The notes below the pieces were generated by a model. It had not been told where the DNA came from and searched no databases. It saw only the letters and a list, made by a program, of their open reading frames with translations. Positions 8,628 to 17,146 of a DNA stretch of 32,000 bases are shown here, piece by piece. How positions within the stretch are numbered: the stretch's first letter is position 1; every line of letters starts with the position of its first letter. A program made the position numbers and the translations under genes. This DNA is from Acidothermus cellulolyticus 11B. Its GTDB lineage: Bacteria > Actinomycetota > Actinomycetes > Acidothermales > Acidothermaceae. The DNA is taken from positions 2,010,001 through 2,042,000 of the forward strand of contig NC_008578.1 of NCBI RefSeq assembly GCF_000015025.1, in the 5' to 3' direction.

Positions 8628-8741
8628 CCCTGCGGTTCGGTGACGGGCCTTTGCGCCCGGTCCCCCTGCGGTTCGGTGACGGGCCTCCAGGCCCGGGCTA
8701 GCGGTCCCCCTGCGGTTCGGTGACGGGCCTCCAGTCCCGGG
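8628..8741. repeat. Three direct copies of ccctgcggttcggtgacgggcct, between the moeZ stop and the adnA start
   Basis: The copies lie at 8628-8650, 8664-8686 and 8708-8730. Copies 2 and 3 extend to 39 bp with one mismatch (8659-8697 versus 8703-8741). Confidence 0.92.
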
Positions 8742-8752
8742 CCGTCGTCCGG

Positions 8753-9943
8753 TCAGTACGACGGCAGGCTGGGGTCGACCTGCTTCACCCAGCCGACCAC
8801 GCCGCCGCCGACGTGGACGGCGTCCGCAAAACCGGCCGCCTTGACGATGGCGAGTGCTTCCGCGGACCGGCCGCCCGTCTTGCAGTACAAGACAATCCGC
8901 TTGTTCTGCGGGAGTTTCTCCAAGGCGGTCCCCATGACGAATTCGCCCTTCGGAATGAGCGTGGCTCCGGGGATCGAGACAATCTCGAATTCAGCCGGCT
9001 CACGGACGTCGACCAGGAAAATGTTCTCTCCGCGGTCCATCCACTCCTTGAGTTCCAGCGGCGAAATCGTCGACCCGGCGGCCGCGAGCTGTGCTTCCTC
9101 CGAGGCGACACCGCAGAACTCCTCGTAGTCGATGAGTTCGGTGATGGTCGGGTTCTTCCCGCAGATCGGGCACTCGGGGTCTTTGCGGACGTTCACCGTG
9201 CGGAACGTCATCTCCAACGCGTCGTAGACGAGAAGCCGGCCGACGAGCGGCTCGCCGATGCCCGTGAGCACCTTGATGGCCTCGGTGGCTTGGATCGATC
9301 CCACCGTCGCGCAGAGCACGCCGAGGACGCCCCCCTCGGCGCAGGACGGCACCATGCCGGGCGGCGGCGGCTCGGGGTACAGGCAGCGGTAGCACGGCGC
9401 CTGGCCACCCGGCGCATTCGCCCAGAAGACGGATACCTGGCCGTCGAACCGGTAAATGGACCCCCAGACATACGGCTTGCCGAGCAGGACGCACGCGTCG
9501 TTCACCAAGTAGCGGGTGGCGAAGTTGTCCGTGCCGTCGACGATCAAGTCGTATTGGCTGAAGATGTCGAGGACGTTGTCGTTGTCGAGCCGTTCTTCGT
9601 GCAGAACGACGGTGACGAACGGGTTGATCTCTTTGATCGTGTCGCGGGCGGACTGCGCCTTGGACCGGCCGATGTCGCTCTGGCCGTGAATGACCTGCCG
9701 CTGCAGGTTGGATTCATCAACCGTGTCGAAGTCGATCACTCCGAGGGTGCCCACTCCGGCAGCCGCGAGATACATGAGGACGGGCGAGCCGAGGCCGCCG
9801 GCACCGATTGCGAGCACCTTGGCGTTCTTCAGCCGTTTCTGGCCGGCCATCCCGACATCCGGAATGATCAAATGCCGTGAGTAACGCCGCACCTCGTCGA
9901 CGGTCAGGGTGTCGGCCGGTTCAACCAGCGGAGGGTATGCCAC
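8753..9943 (-). CDS. moeZ: Adenylyltransferase/sulfurtransferase MoeZ (ThiF/MoeB-type E1-like domain plus C-terminal rhodanese domain)
   Basis: It has PPLVEP...RYSRHLIIPDVG..GQKRLKNAKVLAIGAGGLGSP, then DNFATRYLVNDA, then GMVPSCAEGGVLG. The rhodanese end reads LYCKTGGRSAEA. It is close to M. tuberculosis MoeZ/MoeB1 as I remember it. I chose the GTG at 9943 because it follows AGGAGAG by 9 nt; the ORF itself is open up to 9961. Confidence 0.93.
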   Translation of the reverse strand: MAYPPLVEPADTLTVDEVRRYSRHLIIPDVGMAGQKRLKNAKVLAIGAGGLGSPVLMYLAAAGVGTLGVIDFDTVDESNLQRQVIHGQSDIGRSKAQSARDTIKEINPFVTVVLHEERLDNDNVLDIFSQYDLIVDGTDNFATRYLVNDACVLLGKPYVWGSIYRFDGQVSVFWANAPGGQAPCYRCLYPEPPPPGMVPSCAEGGVLGVLCATVGSIQATEAIKVLTGIGEPLVGRLLVYDALEMTFRTVNVRKDPECPICGKNPTITELIDYEEFCGVASEEAQLAAAGSTISPLELKEWMDRGENIFLVDVREPAEFEIVSIPGATLIPKGEFVMGTALEKLPQNKRIVLYCKTGGRSAEALAIVKAAGFADAVHVGGGVVGWVKQVDPSLPSY

Positions 9944-9957
9944 TTCTCGCTCTCTCC

Positions 9958-11067
9958 TCACGAAACGGTTCGTTCGTCACGCAGCGTCGGTCCCGTTGCG
10001 CCTACGTCAACGGTCGCATGCGCCGCAACCATTCCCGCCGGAGGGGCGGGCCTACCGGTGCCTGCCACGACCGGTGCGCCGCGGAAAAACGCCATGAGCG
10101 CCCCGGCCACCACCTCCGGAGCCTCCAGGTGCGGCACGTGACCGGCGTCCGGGAGAAAAACCAGCCGAGCGTGGGGGAACGCCCGCAGCGCCCGGTACGC
10201 CGAACGCGGGCTCACCAGCCGGTCACGTCCGCCGTACACGAGCAGAGTTGGTACGTCGACGGCCGCCGCATCCGCCCAGAGCCGACGCCGGCCGTAGCTG
10301 GCGATCAGGCTGCGCAGCGACGCGCAGTACGCGTCGACGCCGTGTGCGGTGCCGGCCCGGCGCCGGACGATGTCGAAGAGCAGCCGGCGACGGGTGTCAT
10401 CGATCCGGTTGGGATTCCCGAAGCAGAGCCGGATCGCGTGGTGGACGACCCACTCCGGATCCACGCGCAACCCGGCACTGACCAGCCGCGGTCCGATGGC
10501 GGGGAGCGCTGCGGGAAGCAGCTGCCAGCTGCCGCGCGGCGGCAGCGGATCCGGCAGCGCCGGCGAGATCAGCGTGAGGCTGGTGAAGAGCTCCGGACGT
10601 CGAGCAGCGAGGCGGGTCGCGATCGAGCCGCCCATGGAATTTGCCACGAGGTGCACCGGACCGCAGTCAAGCGCTTCGATGCAGCCGGCAATGGCCCGTC
10701 CGTGCGCGTCCAGCGAGAAATCGCCGTCGGCCGGCGGCAGCGAGAATCCGAAGCCCGGCAAGTCTATAGCGATCAGAGCCTGGGTCGGATCATGTGCCCG
10801 GAGTACGCCGGCGAGCTCCGCCCAATCCAGGGAGTCGCCGCCGAGACCATGAACGAACAGCAGCGGTGCACGCGGGGACTCGGCCGAGCCGGCAACGCGA
10901 TCGACTGGCCCGGCCCGCCGGACGAAGAGCACCCCGCCGGTGGTCTCCAGCCAGCCGCCGGCGAAGTCACCGCCCGCGTTGGGAATCCCTGCCCCGCGGT
11001 CGTCGGCTACCGGAGACCCGGGATTGCCGTCAGCGTCCCGTGCGTGCCGGCCGGGCACCTCATCCAC
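9958..11067 (-). CDS. Alpha/beta-fold hydrolase
   Basis: 369 aa. It has the oxyanion region LLFVHGLGGDSLDW, the nucleophile elbow ANSMGGS and a C-terminal GHVPHLE (catalytic His). The start is uncertain. Confidence 0.85.
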   Translation of the reverse strand: MDEVPGRHARDADGNPGSPVADDRGAGIPNAGGDFAGGWLETTGGVLFVRRAGPVDRVAGSAESPRAPLLFVHGLGGDSLDWAELAGVLRAHDPTQALIAIDLPGFGFSLPPADGDFSLDAHGRAIAGCIEALDCGPVHLVANSMGGSIATRLAARRPELFTSLTLISPALPDPLPPRGSWQLLPAALPAIGPRLVSAGLRVDPEWVVHHAIRLCFGNPNRIDDTRRRLLFDIVRRRAGTAHGVDAYCASLRSLIASYGRRRLWADAAAVDVPTLLVYGGRDRLVSPRSAYRALRAFPHARLVFLPDAGHVPHLEAPEVVAGALMAFFRGAPVVAGTGRPAPPAGMVAAHATVDVGATGPTLRDERTVS

Positions 11068-11120
11068 CCTTCCGGCATAGCACGTGCACGGCCGGAGTCA
11101 AGACGGCTGCCGAGGCGGGC

Positions 11121-11852
11121 TCAGCCCGCGAGCAGGTGTTCGACCCGACGGTTGAGGGCGTCCAGCGTGGCGCGGATCGCCGCCTGCCGGACGTCCTCGC
11201 GGATCGCGGCCGCTCCGGTCAATCGTTCGCTGCCGTTCCCGGTGAGCATGGTGACCGCGACGAGAACCGTCCGGTCCCGTCCGGTCGGCGCGACCTCGAC
11301 GAGATCGAGTTCGAACCGGGCCTGGCCGCCGAGGAGTTCTTCCACCGCCCGCAGGGTGGCGGTTGCGACCGCGCGTTGCACGCCGCTGCGGGTGGCGGTG
11401 CCGTCCGCATGGCCGACCACCGTACGGTCGCCGACGGCCAGCGTGACGTCCGCGGCCACCGAGAGGCCCGATGACACGATGTGCATCCGGCGGATCGCGG
11501 GCCGGAACCGCCCGTCCGCGGCCTGGGTCGGCTGCGGAGCCTCCGATGGCTCCTCGTCGCCGGCCTCCATGTCTTCGACCAGCTGCACCCGTTCGGCGTC
11601 CACGCCCAGACCGAACCGCTCGCGGAGCAAGCGGCCGACGGCGCTGGCGACCTCAACCTCGTCGACACCGGGTTCTAGACCCAGGCGCAGGACGCCGAGA
11701 CCGTCACCGGCCGTGTCAGGCTGCACCTCGGCGTCCGCGACGCCGGGGAGTTCGCGTAGCGCTGCGACGATCTCGCGGTGGTCGGTGACGCTCACGGACG
11801 GCTCCCGGGGGTGCCGGCCCACGCCGGCAGCGGTCATCGGCTCGACAACCAT
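11121..11852 (-). CDS. Hypothetical protein (acidic linker between two small alpha/beta-looking domains)
   Basis: A 243-aa ORF with strong third-position GC bias, co-directional with its neighbours. I recognise no family. An alternative start is the GTG giving MSVTDHREIV, preceded by GGGAG. Confidence 0.55.
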   Translation of the reverse strand: MVVEPMTAAGVGRHPREPSVSVTDHREIVAALRELPGVADAEVQPDTAGDGLGVLRLGLEPGVDEVEVASAVGRLLRERFGLGVDAERVQLVEDMEAGDEEPSEAPQPTQAADGRFRPAIRRMHIVSSGLSVAADVTLAVGDRTVVGHADGTATRSGVQRAVATATLRAVEELLGGQARFELDLVEVAPTGRDRTVLVAVTMLTGNGSERLTGAAAIREDVRQAAIRATLDALNRRVEHLLAG

Positions 11853-11942
11853 TGCACCGCGTCGTCGAGCCTCTTGCCCTCCGATCGGCTCAAACGCCTT
11901 GGCGCTTGAGGAAGAATGCGCCGCGTCCCCCTGCTCGACGTG

Positions 11943-12581
11943 TCATCGGGCGCTGAGCGCGACAAATGCCGCCTCCTTCGCCAGACCATCCCGCACCTCA
12001 ACGGGCCGCCAATCCCCCTGTCGGTGCGTGGCGAGAATTGAGCGCACGCCGTCAACGGCGAATCCTGCCCGACTCAGCGCTGAGCGGAGGTCCGGCCAGG
12101 TGAGAAATCTGGCCTTGGCGTAGAAAGGGTTGCCCAGCTCCGTGGCAGCGCGGTACGCCCGACCCAGCGGGCCCTCTGCGAAGATCACTCCGATGACGAT
12201 GGGCGCCCCCGGCCGTAGCACCCGCCGTGTTTCGGCAAACACCCGGTCGAGATCGTCAACGAAGCAGAGCGTCACAACGAAAACCACAACGCCGAACACG
12301 TGACCGCGGAAGGGAAGCCGTTCCGCCACGCCGCGCAGCACGCGAACACCGCGACACCGGGCCAGCTGGAGTGGCTGCCACGCCGGGTCAATGCCAATGT
12401 CGATATCCAGCGCGGCAGTGAAGCGGCCGGAGCCGCTGCCCACTTCAAGCCGAGGGTGGACAGTCGGCTCGACGAAGGGTCGGAGGGCCTCGACCTCGGC
12501 GGCGAACCACGCCCGTCCCGGATCGCGGTCATACCACCGGTCGTACCGGTCGGCGAAAGCGTCGAAGACGGCGCCGCGCAC
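11943..12581 (-). CDS. Class I SAM-dependent methyltransferase
   Basis: 212 aa. Motif I reads LEVGSGSGRF, and a post-motif reads LRPGAPIVIGV. It starts at GTG, 8 nt after GAGAGGA. Confidence 0.85.
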   Translation of the reverse strand: MRGAVFDAFADRYDRWYDRDPGRAWFAAEVEALRPFVEPTVHPRLEVGSGSGRFTAALDIDIGIDPAWQPLQLARCRGVRVLRGVAERLPFRGHVFGVVVFVVTLCFVDDLDRVFAETRRVLRPGAPIVIGVIFAEGPLGRAYRAATELGNPFYAKARFLTWPDLRSALSRAGFAVDGVRSILATHRQGDWRPVEVRDGLAKEAAFVALSAR

Positions 12582-12777
12582 TACACAATCCTCTCAGGGT
12601 TGGTCGTCACCATGGAGGCTCCGCATCTTTTCTTTCTGACTCTCTTTTATGGTCCGGCTCCCGGGCTCGCCGGTGAGTCGAAATGCCCTGTCTGACGGGA
12701 CATGTGACCCTAACTGGACAGCGCTGCGCGAGACAGGCTGAACGCGGCCGCCGGAAACCGGAGAGCAGGAGGGTGCG

Positions 12778-14616
12778 GTGATGTTGCGCATGGTGGGAAA
12801 TCTCAAGGGAATCGATCTCAACACGCCGGGTCACTACCTGCACTGGTCCTTCATCGAAATATCGGTGGCGAACCTCGTCGTCATCGCCGCCATGCTCGTG
12901 ATTTTCGGGCTGGCACTGCTGCTCCCTTTTCCTGCACCCAAGGACGTACGCAGCGGCGACGAGACAGCCCTCGACGATTCACCGATCACCGGGGATGCAA
13001 CCGGCGCTCCGCCGGCGGCGACCGACTCAGCCGGCGTAGGTGAGGACGCTCGCATGTGGACCGCGCGGCTTCGACGGCGGCTGCTCGCCACCCTGCCGCC
13101 GAAGAAGCTCCTCCCCGATCGGCAACCGATCTACGTTGCCTCCTGGGTGTACGTCTTCGGGGTCGCCACTCTCGCCGCCCTCGGTTTAGCGATCTTTTCG
13201 GGTGCGCTCATCGCCTTGGGCGGCACAGATTGGTGGCACACCAACCCCGTCGGTCACTTCTTCAACAGCCTGCACCTGTGGAGCGTCGAGCTCTTCATGG
13301 CGTTCATGGTGATCCACCTTTGGGGGAAGTTCTGGATGGCGGCATGGCGCGGCCGGCGCAGCTTGACCTGGATAACCGGGGTGGTCGCCTTCCTCGCCTC
13401 GATCGTGGAGTGCTTCACCGGCTACCTCTCGCAGCAGAACTTCGACTCCCAGTGGATCGCCACCAACGGCAAGGACGCGTTCAACGCCGTCGGGGTCGGA
13501 GCGTTCTGGAACGTCATGAACTTCGGCCAGATGCTCACCTGGCACGTCGTCCTCATGCCCCTCATCTTGGTGGCGCTGGTTGGATTCCACGTGATACTGG
13601 TGCGGGTCCGCGGAGTGAGCAAGCCGCTGCCGGAGAACCGAACCGCCGCTCCGAAGGACCGGAGAGCCCGGCGTGCAGCGCGTGCCGACGACGCGGCACC
13701 CTGGCGCGGCCCGACCCGCCGTTACGACATCCTGAAGGAAGGCGCCATCGCTACCGCCGTCACCACGGCCTTGGTGATCATCTTCGCCGGAGTGCTCTCC
13801 TCGCCGGACGTCCCGCCCGTTACCGTCCAGAATTGGGCGAAGCTCGCACCGGCCGACTTCCTCGCCACTGCGGCGGGTGAACTCGACGGCAGCGCCCTCG
13901 CCGCTTCCTATGGACCGCCATACAACGACGGCGACGCCGCGGTTCAACAGGTAGGGCCGTTCAACTGGCAAAAGCTTGCGGGCATCACCCACCCCATCGA
14001 CGCCGCACAGGTCTTTGTGCTCTCCCCTCTGGAGAAACTCGCCCCCACGAACGCAACCCTGGCCCACGCCCTGGCGGTTTACGACCACGCTTCACCTGAA
14101 CAGCGGAACGCATGGGCGAGTGCGTATGACAAGGCGGTCACCAAGGTGACCTTCACCAACGGCCAACCCGTGGTGCCTCCGGCGGACGACGGTCCCGTTC
14201 CGGTGCTCATGGCGAGCGAGTTGACGATGGCGCGCAGCGGCGCCCTCGACTCCGCACTGCTCGCCCAGAACCAGTTCTACGGGACGGATTACACCAAACC
14301 CCTGCTCTTCATCGCCGATGGGAACTACTACGCGGACCTTGCGGCCTCCATGCATCTAACAGGCGATCAGTGGGGGGTGATGAATGAGACCGGCAACTAC
14401 CCCGGCCAACCGTGGTTGTGGTTCTACGCGCTCTGGTACCACGTCCATCCGTTCAGCACGTCCCCCAATGTCGACATTTGGGCGGTATACCTCACCGGCA
14501 TCGGAACGTTGTTGCTCCTCCTCGTGCCGTTCATCCCCGGGTTGCGGGACATCCCGCGCTGGATCCCGGTACACCGGCTCATCTGGCGCCGGAACCGCCT
14601 CGGGCCGGTTGGTTGA
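12778..14616 (+). CDS. Cytochrome b/b6-like membrane protein with a large insertion before a degenerate PEWY-like motif
   Basis: 612 aa. One His pair is H166/H180 (HLWSVELFMAFMVIH, 13 residues between). The other is H256/H271 (HVVLMPLILVALVGFH, 14 residues between). The region between these two helices contains TGYLSQQ. A C-terminal QPWLWFYALWY plus a TM helix resembles the PEWY region of subunit IV. GGAGGG lies 5-8 nt before the GTG/ATG at 12778/12781. An alternative internal start is the ATG at 13054. Confidence 0.85.
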   Translation: MMLRMVGNLKGIDLNTPGHYLHWSFIEISVANLVVIAAMLVIFGLALLLPFPAPKDVRSGDETALDDSPITGDATGAPPAATDSAGVGEDARMWTARLRRRLLATLPPKKLLPDRQPIYVASWVYVFGVATLAALGLAIFSGALIALGGTDWWHTNPVGHFFNSLHLWSVELFMAFMVIHLWGKFWMAAWRGRRSLTWITGVVAFLASIVECFTGYLSQQNFDSQWIATNGKDAFNAVGVGAFWNVMNFGQMLTWHVVLMPLILVALVGFHVILVRVRGVSKPLPENRTAAPKDRRARRAARADDAAPWRGPTRRYDILKEGAIATAVTTALVIIFAGVLSSPDVPPVTVQNWAKLAPADFLATAAGELDGSALAASYGPPYNDGDAAVQQVGPFNWQKLAGITHPIDAAQVFVLSPLEKLAPTNATLAHALAVYDHASPEQRNAWASAYDKAVTKVTFTNGQPVVPPADDGPVPVLMASELTMARSGALDSALLAQNQFYGTDYTKPLLFIADGNYYADLAASMHLTGDQWGVMNETGNYPGQPWLWFYALWYHVHPFSTSPNVDIWAVYLTGIGTLLLLLVPFIPGLRDIPRWIPVHRLIWRRNRLGPVG

Positions 14617-14761
14617 CCGGGAACACGGGAGCGGGAGGTAGCCGGCAACGGGGTGCTATCGGCAACGCCCAGACTCGCGCCGCGCCGCCGGCAGGTAGGC
14701 TGCGAATCCAGCCCATCCCACGATCGGGTCCAAGCGACGAGCGACGTCGAGGAGGCGCCCA

Positions 14762-14977
14762 ATGGCAGGCAGACCGCTTCCCCCCGACCCGTCGGTCCCC
14801 GCAGAGGTTCCCGAGGCGGACGCCGCTGAGCAGCAGACCGAGGCCGCCCGCGACAGCGAGGAAACCGGAGAGGCGGCACCCGTCGTACCGCGGATCACTC
14901 GCAAGCGTTGGGAGGCCGATGCGGTCGACCCGGACGACGAGCGGGTCGTCGTCCTCGACGAGGACGACTACCGGTAA
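14762..14977 (+). CDS. Small acidic hypothetical protein (71 aa)
   Basis: The ATG follows GAGGAGG by 7 nt. Third-position GC is high, and it lies just upstream of the DUF3107 gene on the same strand. I recognise no family. Confidence 0.45.
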   Translation: MAGRPLPPDPSVPAEVPEADAAEQQTEAARDSEETGEAAPVVPRITRKRWEADAVDPDDERVVVLDEDDYR

Positions 14978-15013
14978 CGTGATCCAGCGACGGATCGTGC
15001 GCGGAGGCTTGGC

Positions 15014-15238
15014 GTGGAAGTGAAGATCGGTGTCCAGTCGGTGGCCCGGGAGCTCACTCTGGAGAGCAACCAGAACGCCGATGAGATCGAATCGGCAGTG
15101 GCCTCAGCGCTCAGCACCGGTGGTTTGCTCCGGCTCGTCGACGAAAAGGGACGCCGCGTCCTGGTGCCGACCGACAAGCTGGCGTACGTGGAAATCGGCG
15201 AGCCGGTCGAGCGTCGCGTCGGCTTCGGCGCGATGTGA
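15014..15238 (+). CDS. DUF3107 family protein (TB9.4-like)
   Basis: 74 aa, MEVKIGVQSVARELTLES...VLVPTDKLAYVEIG. This matches the small conserved actinobacterial DUF3107/TB9.4 family as I remember it. It starts at GTG, 6 nt after GGAGG. Confidence 0.85.
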   Translation: MEVKIGVQSVARELTLESNQNADEIESAVASALSTGGLLRLVDEKGRRVLVPTDKLAYVEIGEPVERRVGFGAM

Positions 15239-15298
15239 CCGCGATGTGACGCAGCCGTACACGGCGTAATCCAAGTCACCGGGCGAGGCCGGTCCGGC

Positions 15299-15973
15299 CT
15301 ACGCAGCGAGGCCGATGGCCGCCATCCGCCCGGCGTGCGCCTGAATGATCCGATCGAATGCGGCGGAGAGGTCCACACCGCGACCGCCGGCCAGCAGCCG
15401 GACCAACGCCTCCCGCCGGGTCGCCACCAGCCGGGCCTGCAGGAGCGCCTCGCCGACGATCCGCCGCGCCCACAGGGCGAGTCGTCCTGCGCACCGGGGG
15501 TCCTCGGCCATGATTCGCCGCAGCCGTTCGGCGAGGAACGTCACGTGCTCGGTGTCGGCAAGCGCCTTCTCCACGACCACCCGGGTCTCGGCATCGAGCA
15601 CCCGGGTCACCTCCCGGTAGAAGTCCCGCATCAGCCCGTCCCCGACATACGCCTTGATCAAGCTCTCCGCCCAGTCGGACGGCGCGGTCCGGGCGTGGAA
15701 CTCCTCCAGCGGCTCGACGAATGGTTCGATCGCCGCACTGGCCGGAATTCCCAGGTCGCTGAGGCGGGTGGCAAGTGCCGCAAAGTGCTCGAACTCGGCG
15801 GTCGCCAGCCGGCCGAGTGCCGCCTTGTCGTCCAGGGTCGGCGCCATCCGCGCGTCGTAGGCGAGCCGTTCAAACGCCATCAGCTCGCCGTAGGCGAGAA
15901 CGCCGAGGATGTCGGCGACCGCCGCGCGGTACTCCGCGTCGTCCGCGCTCTCGTGCATGCCCGTGCTCGACAT
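15299..15973 (-). CDS. Ferritin-like fold protein (conserved actinobacterial hypothetical)
   Basis: The helical, ferritin-like sequence begins at MSSTGMHES (ATG 15973-15971): YGELMAFERLA...ATAEFEHFAAL...IKAYVGDGL...EHVTFL. The upstream 133 codons of the 357-aa ORF are Arg/Gly/Pro-rich and conflict with a better plus-strand gene. Confidence 0.75.
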   Translation of the reverse strand: MSSTGMHESADDAEYRAAVADILGVLAYGELMAFERLAYDARMAPTLDDKAALGRLATAEFEHFAALATRLSDLGIPASAAIEPFVEPLEEFHARTAPSDWAESLIKAYVGDGLMRDFYREVTRVLDAETRVVVEKALADTEHVTFLAERLRRIMAEDPRCAGRLALWARRIVGEALLQARLVATRREALVRLLAGGRGVDLSAAFDRIIQAHAGRMAAIGLAA

Positions 15974-16177
15974 TGCAGCGGCAGCGTAGCCGACCGCGGG
16001 TCGGCTACGCGAATCCACCGAGCCCAGCGCCGGGCGGAACCCAGCGCCGGGCTCAAGGAATTCCGCGCCTCGACCGACCACATCTGCGTGGCGCTCCGTA
16101 CCGTAGCCGGACATCAGATCGGCGAAGATACTAACGATCTCCAGCAGTGGCTCCGGCAACTGACCGGCTGCCCGACC

Positions 16178-16528
16178 GTGCACCGGACGATTCCGGCAAC
16201 CTGCGACGCCCCAAGCCACGATGAGCCTGCCACCTGGTTTTACGTTGAGGCCGACCCGGTCCAGGCCGTCGCACGGCGCAGATGTCTCAGCTGCGGCGCC
16301 ACCCGGCATGTGCTCGACTCCGAAGAGCGGTGGACCGCGCCGCACATGTGGCAGTGCCCCGGTTGCGCGCAATCAATCGCCGAAGTCGCCACCGGACTTC
16401 ACCTGGACGACGACCACGTGACATGGATCGCCGTCGCGGCCCGGTGCGTCGGCTGCGGTCTGATCGCTGGGCTCACCGACTTCATCGTTCCCCGCCTTCC
16501 GTTCGACGAGGTCCTCACCCGAATTTGA
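16178..16528 (+). CDS. Small Cys-rich hypothetical protein with three CxxC motifs (zinc-ribbon-like)
   Basis: This is the C-terminal part of the 397-aa plus-strand ORF. It has good third-position GC and reads ...RRCLSCGATRHV...WQCPGCAQ...ARCVGCGL.... The start is not fixed: GTG 16178 and GTG 16088 are both in frame. Confidence 0.5.
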   Translation: MHRTIPATCDAPSHDEPATWFYVEADPVQAVARRRCLSCGATRHVLDSEERWTAPHMWQCPGCAQSIAEVATGLHLDDDHVTWIAVAARCVGCGLIAGLTDFIVPRLPFDEVLTRI

Positions 16529-16586
16529 GCCGGGTCCGCGAGACCGCGCCGCTGAGTCGGATTTGCGAAACCGCACACCCTGCGTG

Positions 16587-16688
16587 ATGCGTAAAGGTGC
16601 GAGACCACACGGCGCGCTCGATGCGTAAAGACACGATACGGCCGCGCGTACGTCATGCGTAACGGCGCGAATGCGCGACTGCGGCGCC
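16587..16688. repeat. Degenerate tandem repeat, 3 x 34 bp, each unit starting atgcgtaa
   Basis: atgcgtaa occurs at 16587, 16621 and 16655, an exact 34-bp period. A weaker related copy lies upstream (16561-16586, atttgcgaaaccgcacac). The repeat sits in the convergent intergenic region between the CxxC gene and cheY. Confidence 0.8.
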
Positions 16689-16705
16689 GACTCATGCCGA
16701 TTGCG

Positions 16706-17068
16706 CTACGCCAGCACCGGATCGAGCGCCGCGTGAAACTCCTCGGGTGTGAAGGGCTTGGCAATGAGGAAAAGCGCCCCCGCGGCCAAGGCCTGTTCGC
16801 GCATTGCCGGGGATGCCTCGGACGTAATGAACCCGAACGGCGTGGTCCAGCCGGCCCGGCGGATCGCCGTGAGAAATTCCAACCCGTTGGTGCCCGGCAT
16901 GTTCCAGTCGCAGAGGATCAGATCCGGCGGCTGCTCCGCCATCAGCCGGGTCGCTTCCACCGCGTCCGCAGCATGGACGATGTCGTGGTGGTCGTAGCCG
17001 GCCAGAACGAGCATGCGCTCGATGATGCGCCGCATCGCCCGACTGTCGTCCACCACGAGGATGCGCAC
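16706..17068 (-). CDS. cheY: CheY-like single-domain response regulator
   Basis: 120 aa, MRILVVDDS...DLILCDWNMP...ITSE...IAKPF. All canonical receiver residues are present. It starts at GTG, 5 nt after AAGGAG. Confidence 0.92.
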   Translation of the reverse strand: MRILVVDDSRAMRRIIERMLVLAGYDHHDIVHAADAVEATRLMAEQPPDLILCDWNMPGTNGLEFLTAIRRAGWTTPFGFITSEASPAMREQALAAGALFLIAKPFTPEEFHAALDPVLA

Positions 17069-17146
17069 GTCACTCCTTCGACCCAGACGTCTCCACCCGG
17101 AACGCCGTCGGCCATGGGCCGCCCAAGGCGACGGGGAGGGCGACGG

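Noticed and set aside
8628-8741. Possible CRISPR array (also considered for 16587-16688 and 20409-20448)
   Set aside because: There are only 2-3 copies, and the repeats are imperfect or directly adjacent with no unique spacers of regular length. No cas genes are present in the window.
9877-12123. 748-aa plus-strand ORF, and the 8720-9880 plus ORF
   Set aside because: They are antisense to the hydrolase, the hypothetical gene, the methyltransferase and moeZ, all of which have clear family motifs or coding bias on the minus strand.
12601-12777. Possible riboswitch or leader upstream of the cytochrome b gene
   Set aside because: The region is noticeably less GC-rich and has a short inverted repeat (cctgtct / agacagg). 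I recognise no known riboswitch core. It is most simply the divergent promoter region for the methyltransferase and cytochrome b genes.
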